A DNA stretch of 64,000 nucleotides, from the sequence record OM953433; one strand, 5' to 3'. Position 1 is the stretch's first letter; each line of letters opens with the position of its first letter. Under the pieces are notes generated by a model that saw nothing but the letters and a program-made list of their open reading frames with translations, searched no databases and was not told the origin of the DNA. The stretch comes from Shigella phage Henu11. Below are positions 19,443 to 28,721 of the stretch, piece after piece. The translations under genes and the position numbers were made by a program.

Positions 19443-21584
19443 ATGGTTAAAGTACAAATTATTAAGAAAGACGGTTCACTGGAAAAACCAAATGTAAATA
19501 AAATCGTCGAAGCAGTTACCAAGTCAGCTAATAGAGTTGGCTACAAAGAGTTACCACTAGAAGTTATTCACGCTCTTGAATCAGCCTTTATGAGATTGCT
19601 TGTCAGAGCAACTAATCAGAATGCTATGCTCATCTCTGTAGATGATGTTCACAGTATTGTAGAGGGAACTCTGGCAGAGGTAAACCATGAAATCTATGAG
19701 TCATACTCAACCTACAGAAACTATCGTAAAGAGGTTGCACAGAATTGGGATGAACTTTACCAGAAAACTAAAGACACACTCTTCTTAGGTGACCGTGAGA
19801 ATGCTAACTTTGACAGCAGCTTAATCTCTACAAAAGGTTCAATCATTCGTGGGTATCTGACAAAAGAAATCTTTAAGCAGTACCACTTAACACCAGAAGA
19901 AACAAGAGCTATTGAGGATGGATTTATTTATATCCATGACTTAAGAGATTTAATCTTCGGGGGTATTAACTGCTGCTTGTTTGACATTGGAAGTGTCCTG
20001 AAAGGTGGCTTTGAAATGTCCGGCATTGAGTACTGTGAACCTAAGTCTGTACTCTCAGCTTTACAGGTTATCGGTGATGTTGTACTTTCAGCAACTGCAC
20101 AGCAGTTTGGAGGATTCACCATCCCAGAGATTGACAAGGTTCTTGTGCCATATGCTAAGAAGTCTTTTGAGTATCATCTGGAAAAAGCAAAGCAATATAA
20201 TATTCCAAGCAAGGAAGTATACCACTACGCTAAAGAGCAACTCCAGATTGAACTAACTCAAGGATTCCAATCTTTGGAAATGAAACTGAACACTGTTCCT
20301 TGCAGTCGTGGTGACTTTGCATTCACAACATTAACATTTGGTTTACTTGAACCAGACATGGCTAGTGAAGATAACCGTTTGCAATTTATGGTTGCTAAGA
20401 CTATTCTAGATGTTAGGATGAATGGTCAAGGTAAATCTAAGAAGCCTGTTGTGTTCCCTAAACTGGTTTATATCTATGATGAAACAAGACATATGTTAGA
20501 CCCTTGGCAGGGGCAGCTTTATGATAAGGCTATTGAGTGTTGCTCTAAAGCTATGTATCCAGACTTCTTAAGTGTGTCTGGTCATGGTTCTGTTGCAGAA
20601 GCTTTTGAACGTTCAGGTGCAGTTATCTCTCCAATGGGTTGTAGGGCTTTCTTATCTCCTTACTATGATGAGGAAGGTAAAGAGTTCTACACAGGTAGAG
20701 CAAACATTGGTGCAGTATCTCTTAATCTGCCGATGATTTACAAGTACTCTGAAGAGAATGATTTAGACTTCTGGAAAGAGCTTGACAAATACCTTGAAAT
20801 GATTCGAAGCTTCCATAAGAAGCGTTATGAGATGATTGCTAATATGCCAGCAAGTTCTAACCCTTTAGCATTTACACAAGGTGGATTGTATAAAGGTCAT
20901 AAGAAGCCAACTGATAAGATTGGTTGGGACACTGTTAAGTCTTTTACAGCATCTTTTGGTGTGACCGCATTAGATGAATTAACAGTGCTTGCTCAAGGTA
21001 GAAGATTGCATGAGTCTGATGGTGATATTGCAAGCAAGGTTTTAAGCTATCTGAATAGCAAGCTGGAGCAGTTTAAGCAGGAAGACGGCTTCCTGTATGC
21101 ACTTTATGGTACACCTGCTGAGAGTCTTTGTGGTACGCAATTGAAGCAGTTTAGAAATATGTTCGGGGTTGTTAAAGGTGTTTCTGATAAAGAATACTTC
21201 ACAAACAGCTTCCATATGAATGTTGGTGCAGATATTACACCATTTGAAAAGCAAGACCTAGAAGAACCTTTCTTCCACTCTTGTAATGGTGGTCATATCC
21301 AATATGTTCGTATTGCTAACCCAGAGAACCATAAAGCTATCAGAGCTTGTGTGACAAGAGGTATGGGTAAAGGTTTCTACCAAGGTGTTAACTTTGATTT
21401 AGCAATCTGTGAAAATTGTGGTCACCGTCCAAGTGCAGATGTTGAATTATGTCCTAAGTGCAACTCACATGATATCTCTGTGATTAACCGTGTTTGTGGT
21501 TATCTTGGCTGGACTAAGATTAAAGGCACTTCCAGAATGAACGATGCAAAAATTGCTGAGATTCAGGATAGAAAATCTATGTAA
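19443..21584 (+). CDS. nrdD: anaerobic ribonucleoside-triphosphate reductase
   Basis: about 713 aa after trimming to MVKVQII; C-terminal Cys cluster and glycyl-radical-type RVCGYLG motif. Confidence 0.85.
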   Translation: MVKVQIIKKDGSLEKPNVNKIVEAVTKSANRVGYKELPLEVIHALESAFMRLLVRATNQNAMLISVDDVHSIVEGTLAEVNHEIYESYSTYRNYRKEVAQNWDELYQKTKDTLFLGDRENANFDSSLISTKGSIIRGYLTKEIFKQYHLTPEETRAIEDGFIYIHDLRDLIFGGINCCLFDIGSVLKGGFEMSGIEYCEPKSVLSALQVIGDVVLSATAQQFGGFTIPEIDKVLVPYAKKSFEYHLEKAKQYNIPSKEVYHYAKEQLQIELTQGFQSLEMKLNTVPCSRGDFAFTTLTFGLLEPDMASEDNRLQFMVAKTILDVRMNGQGKSKKPVVFPKLVYIYDETRHMLDPWQGQLYDKAIECCSKAMYPDFLSVSGHGSVAEAFERSGAVISPMGCRAFLSPYYDEEGKEFYTGRANIGAVSLNLPMIYKYSEENDLDFWKELDKYLEMIRSFHKKRYEMIANMPASSNPLAFTQGGLYKGHKKPTDKIGWDTVKSFTASFGVTALDELTVLAQGRRLHESDGDIASKVLSYLNSKLEQFKQEDGFLYALYGTPAESLCGTQLKQFRNMFGVVKGVSDKEYFTNSFHMNVGADITPFEKQDLEEPFFHSCNGGHIQYVRIANPENHKAIRACVTRGMGKGFYQGVNFDLAICENCGHRPSADVELCPKCNSHDISVINRVCGYLGWTKIKGTSRMNDAKIAEIQDRKSM

Positions 21585-21593
21585 GTAGTTGAC

Positions 21594-21633
21594 AAGGTGG
21601 TGTAGGTCTTGATAGGCTTGCATCACCTTTTTT
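21594..21633 (+). terminator. rho-independent terminator
   Basis: AGGTGGTG...CATCACC hairpin plus TTTTTT. Confidence 0.5.
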
Positions 21634-21653
21634 ATTGAGTATGGAATTAACGT

Positions 21654-21911
21654 ATGAGCTATGATTTTTGGCCTAAATTTTGGTTATGGTTTCTTGGGAT
21701 TGCATTAGTAATTCTGATAGGTTTTGCTGTGTATGACAGTTACCACACTAAGCTTTGGATGACTGCAAACCATTGTCAGCAAACGTCACAAAGTAGAAAT
21801 TACCTATACTATATGACAGTCATATCAGGCAACACTACAATCATCGTCCCACAAATCGGGACAGAGTACCTGTATGTTTGTGATAACAACCAAACAATAT
21901 GGTGGTATTGA
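21654..21911 (+). CDS. small membrane protein
   Basis: 85 aa; N-terminal TM segment. Confidence 0.35.
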   Translation: MSYDFWPKFWLWFLGIALVILIGFAVYDSYHTKLWMTANHCQQTSQSRNYLYYMTVISGNTTIIVPQIGTEYLYVCDNNQTIWWY

Positions 21912-22007
21912 TGATGATTAAGACATTCTTGTTAGTCACCTTAGTAGGCTCTGTCTTACTAGGTTTCTTGTTAGGGCTTTTATACAACACATTGAAAGGA
22001 AAGAGAA

Positions 22008-22400
22008 ATGACTAAATTAAATAAAAATCAAATGAACTGGCTTAAAGACTATGCTTTAGAGTGTGGCTCTTGTGAGAAAACTCACAGAAAATACTCAGAG
22101 TTTTACATAGCATGTACTCTTTTAATAACTGACTCTGTTATTGATGACGCAAAGGATGATGACATTGAACTCCCTACGGAGTTGAGTGATAAAGTCTTAG
22201 TAGTAACTGGAACATGGTCAGATTCATATGGTACAGAAATTGGTGACATGTCTTTCTACAGTATTCAGCAAACAATAAATCCAAAGTATGTTGCTTTGAT
22301 GACTCGTGCTCAGGAAGATGAACTGCTTCAGGAATTTATTAAAGAGCATTGTGAAGAGTACGTCACAAAACATGTAAGTTTTGAAGTTGAGGTGTGCTAA
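22008..22400 (+). CDS. hypothetical protein
   Basis: 130 aa. Confidence 0.45.
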   Translation: MTKLNKNQMNWLKDYALECGSCEKTHRKYSEFYIACTLLITDSVIDDAKDDDIELPTELSDKVLVVTGTWSDSYGTEIGDMSFYSIQQTINPKYVALMTRAQEDELLQEFIKEHCEEYVTKHVSFEVEVC

Positions 22401-22885
22401 TGAACTACATGGAAATACGAAAATTCGATACAGCGAACGGTGAAGGTGCTCGTGTCAGTCTTTTTGTAGCTGGCTGCAAACATCACTGTGAAGGTTGTTT
22501 TAACAAGGAATCTTGGAAGTTTAATGCTGGTAAAGAGTTTACTTATGCAAACCTTTATGGCATTATGCAGATAATGAATGATGATGGAATCAGTGGTCTA
22601 TCTATCCTTGGTGGAGAGCCACTTGATGATAGGAATGTTCAGACAGTAACAAATATCTGTAAGCGGATTAAAACCGTATACCCAGACAAATCTATATGGT
22701 TATGGACAGGTTACCAGCTACATGAAAAAATCAACTTAGAAGTGATGAAATATGTTGACGTGGTAATAGATGGTAAGTATGATGCTTCTAAACCGACACA
22801 CAAACCGTATCGAGGGTCTGACAATCAAATACTTTGGAGAAAAGAATATGGCTGGCAAGGCGACTGTCAATGGAGAGCAGAATAG
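22394..22885 (+). CDS. nrdG: anaerobic RNR activating protein (radical SAM)
   Basis: 163 aa; CKHHCEGC radical-SAM cysteine cluster; follows nrdD. Confidence 0.8.
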   Translation: MLMNYMEIRKFDTANGEGARVSLFVAGCKHHCEGCFNKESWKFNAGKEFTYANLYGIMQIMNDDGISGLSILGGEPLDDRNVQTVTNICKRIKTVYPDKSIWLWTGYQLHEKINLEVMKYVDVVIDGKYDASKPTHKPYRGSDNQILWRKEYGWQGDCQWRAE

Positions 22886-22910
22886 AGCGGGTTTTCGAAG
22901 AGGTGAGATT

Positions 22911-23168
22911 ATGACCATCTCTTGCAATAGCTCACTGTTTGGAGAGTATAAGGTTAACCCTAACACTCTTGAAGATTGGCAGAAGTACACAAAGAGTCTT
23001 TTTGATACAACTGGATTAGACGCTTTAAAAAAGCTTGCAGAAGTTGAAGTTTTCAGAGTAAAATATAAGTCACACATGTCAAACTTCTACGCAACAAATA
23101 TTGTTGAAGATGACAAAGTGGTTTCCGTAACAGAAGAAGAACTGAAGCAGTTCTGTATTAAACTTTAA
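22911..23168 (+). CDS. hypothetical protein
   Basis: ORF 22770 trimmed to ATG with GAGGTGAG RBS after nrdG. Confidence 0.35.
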   Translation: MTISCNSSLFGEYKVNPNTLEDWQKYTKSLFDTTGLDALKKLAEVEVFRVKYKSHMSNFYATNIVEDDKVVSVTEEELKQFCIKL

Positions 23169-23183
23169 CAGAGAGATATTAAA

Positions 23184-23441
23184 ATGGGAATTTTTTCAAA
23201 CATGAAAGCAGGTTTCTTAGCAGCTCTGGCAAAAGCAGCAGCTATCGTTTCAATGACTGGTAAGCAGGTTGGAGTAGACGCTTCAGCAGTTGCACAGGTT
23301 CTTGCAAGCCAGATTGAACAGCAACCTTACATCCATGTTGGACGTGGTAAAGGTGGTAAGAAGCAAGCTCATCGCCAAACTGGTGCAGCAGCAATTAAAC
23401 GTGCAGCTAAAAAAGCTCGCAACCGTAAACGTAGCAAGTAA
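23184..23441 (+). CDS. small basic protein
   Basis: 85 aa; Ala/Lys/Arg-rich C-terminus. Confidence 0.45.
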   Translation: MGIFSNMKAGFLAALAKAAAIVSMTGKQVGVDASAVAQVLASQIEQQPYIHVGRGKGGKKQAHRQTGAAAIKRAAKKARNRKRSK

Positions 23442-23452
23442 GGATTATTAAA

Positions 23453-23764
23453 ATGGAAAAGGTTTATAACACTCGTAAAATTCAGATTTCTATCCTGTGC
23501 CAGTTTATGGCTGATAAACACAACTCCCACTATTGTGGTACAGGTTTCCTTACTCTAGGTGGTGGCTACATTAGCTTTAAAGAAGCTGTGAAGATGTACA
23601 ATGAGCACCCTGAAGATGACAAAGAGTTGAAACAACTGAAGCTTACTTATGACAAGAAGCGTAAGAAAATTGTATGCTTGAATAACCTTATCAAGCCAAC
23701 TGAAAACGTTTATGATGCAATTGGTGAGGAAGGTTTCTTAAAAGTCTTGAAAATAGCTCAGTAA
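23453..23764 (+). CDS. hypothetical protein
   Basis: 103 aa. Confidence 0.45.
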   Translation: MEKVYNTRKIQISILCQFMADKHNSHYCGTGFLTLGGGYISFKEAVKMYNEHPEDDKELKQLKLTYDKKRKKIVCLNNLIKPTENVYDAIGEEGFLKVLKIAQ

Positions 23765-23777
23765 ACGTATATGATTA

Positions 23778-23806
23778 GGGAACTGTAAAAGGTTCCCTTT
23801 TTATTT
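23778..23806 (+). terminator. rho-independent terminator
   Basis: GGGAAC...GTTCCC hairpin plus T-tract. Confidence 0.6.
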
Positions 23807-23816
23807 TGGAGAAATC

Positions 23817-24332
23817 ATGTACCATTCAAATCTGAAACGTGCTGCTGCAATGTCTGTTCTTCGTCTTGATTTTGATGAGCGTCAAGAGTTCATCGATTCA
23901 CATCAGTATGACCCTTCAAATTCTAACCACATGGTACTTTGGAACCGTGGTAAGTTTCGTGATAGTGCCTTGTTCCAGTACTACCCTCACTATACTATTG
24001 ACAACCTCTATGAATACTGTGTTGTCAAGAACACTATTGCAACTCTTAATAAGCTTTGTAGATATTCTGGAAAGAAAGCTTTCACATTAGGCCACCATAA
24101 GCCCGTGACAAAAGGTGGAGAGCACCATTGCTCGAACTGGTTTATCCAGACTCAAGAAGATAACCAGAAGCAGGGAGAGAAGCTTCCAGAAGCTCCTAAG
24201 ATGACTTGGGAAGAACAGGAAGCATATCTTATAAATAATATGCCACCAATGCTTGACAGGGAATACGCATTTCTGGCAATATCTCTCTTGTTGAAGCTTG
24301 AGACAGTTTATGAGGCAACTTATCATGGCTAG
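23817..24332 (+). CDS. hypothetical protein (His-rich, possible HNH-like)
   Basis: 171 aa; LGHHKPVTKGGEHHCSNWFIQTQEDNQKQG. Confidence 0.4.
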   Translation: MYHSNLKRAAAMSVLRLDFDERQEFIDSHQYDPSNSNHMVLWNRGKFRDSALFQYYPHYTIDNLYEYCVVKNTIATLNKLCRYSGKKAFTLGHHKPVTKGGEHHCSNWFIQTQEDNQKQGEKLPEAPKMTWEEQEAYLINNMPPMLDREYAFLAISLLLKLETVYEATYHG

Positions 24333-24603
24333 AGAACAATGGGATATTATACCACTAGTGAGTGATGGTGGAAATGGTTGTGAGATGTATATGATACGTG
24401 GTCACGTTCCAGATGCACTTGCTATTGAGATGGTAAACCACTATACTGACGGCTCTTACAAAGATTTTGGTGAGCCAAATGTAAAACGCCAATGGGTTAA
24501 ACCTGTACCAGATAGCACAGGAAATTGCAGTGTTCTATACCACACTGTTGACCCAACAAAATGTAAAACAGCTATGGCAGTAACAAACGTAACTTTTGAC
24601 TGA
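24325..24603 (+). CDS. hypothetical protein
   Basis: ORF 24298 trimmed to ATG overlapping upstream stop. Confidence 0.35.
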   Translation: MAREQWDIIPLVSDGGNGCEMYMIRGHVPDALAIEMVNHYTDGSYKDFGEPNVKRQWVKPVPDSTGNCSVLYHTVDPTKCKTAMAVTNVTFD

Positions 24604-24617
24604 GAGAAATATTATGA
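24579..24617 (+). repeat. duplicated leader, copy 1
   Basis: about 39 bp AGTAACAAACGTAACTTTTGACTGAGAGAAATATTATGA identical to 25545-25583. Confidence 0.8.
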
Positions 24618-25063
24618 TTTTTTGTAATTTACAAAAACATGTAATAGAAATTTTGTATAAAGAGTTTGGAACAGAGGAAACATTTGATTCTAATGAGGCT
24701 ATTGACGTACTTCGAAAGAAAAGCCTCTACATTAGAAGCCAGTCAATTAATAATGCTCGTGGTTACTTGACAGCATTACGACAAACTGGTGTTCTAATGA
24801 CTGTAGGTCAGATAAAAAGTAAAGGTAGGCTAAGCATTAACCAGCTAAATAAATCCTTCATGGAAAAGCATATCCAGCTATCACCATTACTGGATGAATC
24901 ACATGAAGAACCTAAAAATAAAGATGAGAACAAAATTGTTGACACAGAACCTGACGTAAGGTACTTTATTGAAAGTGCGATGTTTAATACCTTAGAAGAG
25001 GCTGTTGAGCACTGCAAAAAACACATCATTAAGATTAAACGTGCAAAGATTATTTGGGAATAA
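24614..25063 (+). CDS. hypothetical protein, paralog A
   Basis: 150 aa from ATG in duplicated leader; paralogous to 25093-25542 (shared EFGT..FDSNEA, ARGYLTALR, HIIKIKR.KIIWE). Confidence 0.5.
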   Translation: MIFCNLQKHVIEILYKEFGTEETFDSNEAIDVLRKKSLYIRSQSINNARGYLTALRQTGVLMTVGQIKSKGRLSINQLNKSFMEKHIQLSPLLDESHEEPKNKDENKIVDTEPDVRYFIESAMFNTLEEAVEHCKKHIIKIKRAKIIWE

Positions 25064-25092
25064 TTTTATACACTATCTAAAGAGACAAAGTT

Positions 25093-25542
25093 ATGATTAG
25101 CTCATTTTATGTAACGCTTGTTGAGATACTACACGAAAAATTCGGGACTGATAAGGAATTTGATTCCAATGAAGCGGTGAAAGCTCTAAGAAGCGGTTGT
25201 GATTATCTTAAGAAAATGCCGATAGCAAACTCAAGGTATTATTTATCAGCGTTGCGTAAAGTTGGGGTACTCGTGACTGTCAAGCATGGTAGTAAAAATG
25301 GTGGAGTTCTTTATATCAACCAGTTAAGCAAACCATTTATGGAAAATGAGCCACGACTAGCAAGACTGGTGACTGGTGTACAATACCAAATAAAAACTAC
25401 AGAAATTCCAGAAGTACAAGAGCAAAACCCAAATGTTAAGTACTTTGTTGGTGAAATCATGTTTGATACAATTAATGATGCTGTTGCATACTGTAAAAGC
25501 CATATCATTAAAATCAAAAGAAAGAAGATTATTTGGGAATAA
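25093..25542 (+). CDS. hypothetical protein, paralog B
   Basis: 149 aa; tandem paralog of 24614-25063. Confidence 0.5.
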   Translation: MISSFYVTLVEILHEKFGTDKEFDSNEAVKALRSGCDYLKKMPIANSRYYLSALRKVGVLVTVKHGSKNGGVLYINQLSKPFMENEPRLARLVTGVQYQIKTTEIPEVQEQNPNVKYFVGEIMFDTINDAVAYCKSHIIKIKRKKIIWE

Positions 25543-25544
25543 TA

Positions 25545-25583
25545 AGTAACAAACGTAACTTTTGACTGAGAGAAATATTATGA
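25545..25583 (+). repeat. duplicated leader, copy 2
   Basis: identical to 24579-24617; supplies RBS and ATG of Prs-like gene. Confidence 0.8.
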
Positions 25584-26461
25584 AAACTACTATTCGAGTT
25601 CTACTTAATTCAAATTCCAAAGGTTCTCATCAAGAGACCTTCAACATTATCCAGTTCCCTTCTGGGGAGATTGGTGGTAACTTCTCAGAAGACTTAGTAG
25701 ACTTTGCTGAACATGCTGCTGGTAAGATTGAAAACGTAGTCTTCACAGTACAAGGTTATGACAAAGACACACTCTTTGCATTAGCTATGGCTAAAGAAGC
25801 AATTGACCGTTTGATTCCTCAGAAAGCAACTCTGAAAACTGTTGTCTTTGGATTCTTACCAAATGCTCGCTATGACCGTCACATGTTTAAAGGTGATGCA
25901 GCAGCACTTAAAGTCTTTGCAAATCTTGTAAATGCTATGGAGTTCGATGCAGTATGTGCTCTGGATACTCACAGTAATGTTGCAGAGAATTTGTTTAAGA
26001 GCTTCTACAACCTCCCTCAAAAAGAGGCAGCAGTCCACTTTGCAAGTGACCCACGCATTGATTACTTAGTGGCTCCAGATGCAGGTGCAGCTAAGAAGAC
26101 TGAAGAGGCTGCTAAAGAGGTTGATAAACCTTATATTACAATGGCTAAGGTACGAAACCTGAAAACTGGTGAAATCACTGGTATGCGAATCCTTGATGAT
26201 GTAGACTTGACAGGTAAGACTGTCATGATTCTGGATGATATCTGTGACGGTGGTCGAACCTTTATCGAGGCTGCAAAGTATCTTCGTGAAGCTGGAGCAG
26301 AACGTGTGGAACTGTATGTCACTCATGGGATTTTCTCTAAAGGTGTTGAAAATCTCCTTGACAATGGTATCGACCATATCTACACTACAAACTCACTAGG
26401 GGATGAAAAAGACCGTGGTCTTTCCCACTTCTCACAAGTGACCGTAGCAAATATTGAATAA
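25580..26461 (+). CDS. ribose-phosphate pyrophosphokinase (Prs)-like protein; candidate ADPR-PP synthetase
   Basis: about 293 aa from ATG 25580; Prs-like ALDTHS and PRPP-binding-loop-like VMILDDICDGGRT; TTG-initiated track ORF starts 25562. Confidence 0.8.
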   Translation: MKTTIRVLLNSNSKGSHQETFNIIQFPSGEIGGNFSEDLVDFAEHAAGKIENVVFTVQGYDKDTLFALAMAKEAIDRLIPQKATLKTVVFGFLPNARYDRHMFKGDAAALKVFANLVNAMEFDAVCALDTHSNVAENLFKSFYNLPQKEAAVHFASDPRIDYLVAPDAGAAKKTEEAAKEVDKPYITMAKVRNLKTGEITGMRILDDVDLTGKTVMILDDICDGGRTFIEAAKYLREAGAERVELYVTHGIFSKGVENLLDNGIDHIYTTNSLGDEKDRGLSHFSQVTVANIE

Positions 26462-26469
26462 CAACTTTA

Positions 26470-26485
26470 GGGGCTGAAAAGCCCC
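26470..26485 (+). terminator. hairpin, weak terminator
   Basis: GGGGCT-GAAA-AGCCCC between Prs-like and NAMPT-like genes, poor T-tract. Confidence 0.3.
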
Positions 26486-26505
26486 ACTTTGAGAGAGATA
26501 AAAAG

Positions 26506-28332
26506 ATGACTAAATCACTTTATGCAGTACCAGCAGCACTTAATGCAGATGCCTACAAATCTGGCCATTTCTACCAGTATCCAGATGCTACACAGTATCT
26601 TATGCTGAACTTAACACCTCGTGGAGATAAATGGTTTAACTCTCCGTTAGAGATTGATGGTGTTGTAGCCTTTGGTATTCAGCGTTTTGTAAAAGACTAT
26701 CTGGTAGACCACTGGAATGCAACGTTCTTTGAACGTGATAAGAAAGAAGCCATTGACGAAATCTTGGAAATCATGAATGGTGTCCTTGGTGCAGATGCTA
26801 TTGGTCGTCAACATTGGGAAGAACTTCATGACTTGGGTTACCTACCTGTTGAAGTCTACTCTGTAGAGGAAGGTACAATTGTCCCTATGCGTGTCCCGAT
26901 GATTGTCTTTAAAAACACTGTAGAGGGATTCCATTGGGTAGCTGGTTACCTTGAAGATGCTTTCTCTGCTGAAATCTGGAAGGCTTGTACGATTGCAACT
27001 ATTGCACTGCATTACAAACGTATCTGTAAACAATGGGCTGACAAGACCTGTGACAATGACTTCCATTTACCTTGGCAGTGTCATGATTTTGCAATGCGTG
27101 GTATGTCTGGCTTCACAGATGATGCTTTTAATGCTGTAGGTCACTTGACCAGCTTTAAAGGTACTGACAGCTTCCCTGCTGTGTATACTGCTAAACGTGC
27201 TTATGGTCAGTTTATGACAATCAGTGATATTGGCAACTCTGTACCAGCAACTGAACACTCTGTGATGTGTGCAAACATTTCATGGAATATGAAAGACCTG
27301 ACAGAAGAGGATATTCACTCACAGTACATTATGCAGTCTGAAGGATTACTAGATGCCAAACGTTGGCGTGGTGAGGTAGAAACTTTCCATCGCCTTCTGA
27401 CAGAAGTTTACCCAACTGGTATTGCAAGTGCCGTATCAGATACTTACAACTTCTGGCGTACTGTTACACAGATTCTGCCAGAGCTACGTAATGTAATTCT
27501 GAATCGTGATGGTAAGTTGGTAATTCGTCCAGACTCTGGAGACCCTGTTCACATTGTTACAGGTTACAAAGCCGTTGAATGGGAAACTGCTAAGTCAATG
27601 TTCTACAAGCACATGAAAGGTCTTGCACCAGATAATACCCATCTGCATGACACAATCTTGAATTGTGAAATGTCTGATATTGGTTTTGGGTTCTCTGCTT
27701 GGTTAATCTCTGAAGGTTATGAGATGGTTGTTGAAAATGAAGATTTTGATTATATTGACACAATCAACCTGATTACCGCTCAGAAAACTGGACAGTTTAC
27801 TGTGAAGCGTATGTTAACAGCAGAAATTGATGGAGCTATACACACGCTGTATAACATCTTTGGTGGCACTGTTAACTCCAAAGGGTACAAAGTACTGGAT
27901 GAGCACATTGGGCTAATCTACGGTGATTCTATCACTCTGGAAAGGGCTAATGAGATTCTGTCACGTCTTGCTGATAAAGGTTTTGCAAGTTCTAACGTAG
28001 TGTTTGGTGTAGGCTCATACACCTATCAGTACCTGACTCGTGACACCTTTGCATTTGCTGTTAAAGCAACTCTTGCACAGATGGATGGTCAAGAAATTAT
28101 GCTGGCTAAAGACCCTAAAACTGACAGCGGTCTTAAGAAGTCTGCTTTTGGTGGAGTTGTCCCTATGTGGGATGGTGACAAGCTGGTAGCTGTAGATGGT
28201 TTTGGCTTTGCAGAGTTTGAAGGTGCAATTGACAACTGTCATAGTGCTTTGAAACTGGTATTTAGTAACTCGCAACCTTATGGTTACGTTAACCTGCGTG
28301 ATGTTCGAAATACTATTGACAAGCAACTTTAA
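26506..28332 (+). CDS. nadV: nicotinamide phosphoribosyltransferase (NAMPT)-family protein
   Basis: 608 aa; NADAYKSGHFYQYP, CHDFAMRGMSGF, HLTSFKGTDS, VPATEHSVM, VIRPDSGDP match NAMPT signature regions. Confidence 0.85.
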   Translation: MTKSLYAVPAALNADAYKSGHFYQYPDATQYLMLNLTPRGDKWFNSPLEIDGVVAFGIQRFVKDYLVDHWNATFFERDKKEAIDEILEIMNGVLGADAIGRQHWEELHDLGYLPVEVYSVEEGTIVPMRVPMIVFKNTVEGFHWVAGYLEDAFSAEIWKACTIATIALHYKRICKQWADKTCDNDFHLPWQCHDFAMRGMSGFTDDAFNAVGHLTSFKGTDSFPAVYTAKRAYGQFMTISDIGNSVPATEHSVMCANISWNMKDLTEEDIHSQYIMQSEGLLDAKRWRGEVETFHRLLTEVYPTGIASAVSDTYNFWRTVTQILPELRNVILNRDGKLVIRPDSGDPVHIVTGYKAVEWETAKSMFYKHMKGLAPDNTHLHDTILNCEMSDIGFGFSAWLISEGYEMVVENEDFDYIDTINLITAQKTGQFTVKRMLTAEIDGAIHTLYNIFGGTVNSKGYKVLDEHIGLIYGDSITLERANEILSRLADKGFASSNVVFGVGSYTYQYLTRDTFAFAVKATLAQMDGQEIMLAKDPKTDSGLKKSAFGGVVPMWDGDKLVAVDGFGFAEFEGAIDNCHSALKLVFSNSQPYGYVNLRDVRNTIDKQL

Positions 28333-28346
28333 AACAGTATGATAAG

Positions 28347-28369
28347 AGGCTCCTACGGGAGCCTTTTTA
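28347..28369 (+). terminator. rho-independent terminator
   Basis: AGGCTCC-TACG-GGAGCCT plus TTTTT. Confidence 0.7.
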
Positions 28370-28373
28370 ATTT

Positions 28374-28721
28374 GTGGAGATTACTATGAAAATTAAACAG
28401 ATGAATGTTAATTTAATCATTGAAGAACGTTGGGAAAACATTAAGCGTCCTGAAGATGGTCATAAGTTTATCAATGAACTGTTTCAAGCAGCACAATCAG
28501 AGTTAGCTTCTGAGATTTATACAACGGTTACTTTGAAGGTCTATATCAAAGGTCTTCCACAGAACCATCAAGAAGCTCTTGATTTGTTTCAAGAAGAATT
28601 TTACAATCCAAACAAAAAGATACTTGAGAATAGTTTTGCAGTATCTTCGAGTATTGTTCATGACAGAAGTTTTGTCCTATTCAGAACTATAGGAGATAAG
28701 GTATGCAAGGTTATTGGTTAG
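28374..28721 (+). CDS. hypothetical protein
   Basis: 115 aa with GGAG RBS. Confidence 0.45.
   Translation: MEITMKIKQMNVNLIIEERWENIKRPEDGHKFINELFQAAQSELASEIYTTVTLKVYIKGLPQNHQEALDLFQEEFYNPNKKILENSFAVSSSIVHDRSFVLFRTIGDKVCKVIG

Noticed and set aside
3084-21584. Inteins or self-splicing introns in polymerase, nrdA, nrdB, nrdD
   Set aside because: All four genes are uninterrupted single ORFs of normal length with motifs in expected order; homing endonucleases are freestanding between genes.
24596-25562. TTG-initiated MTERNIM N-termini of ORFs 24596 and 25562
   Set aside because: Both starts fall in the duplicated leader where GAGAG plus ATG 18 nt downstream gives a better RBS/start arrangement; starts moved to 24614 and 25580.
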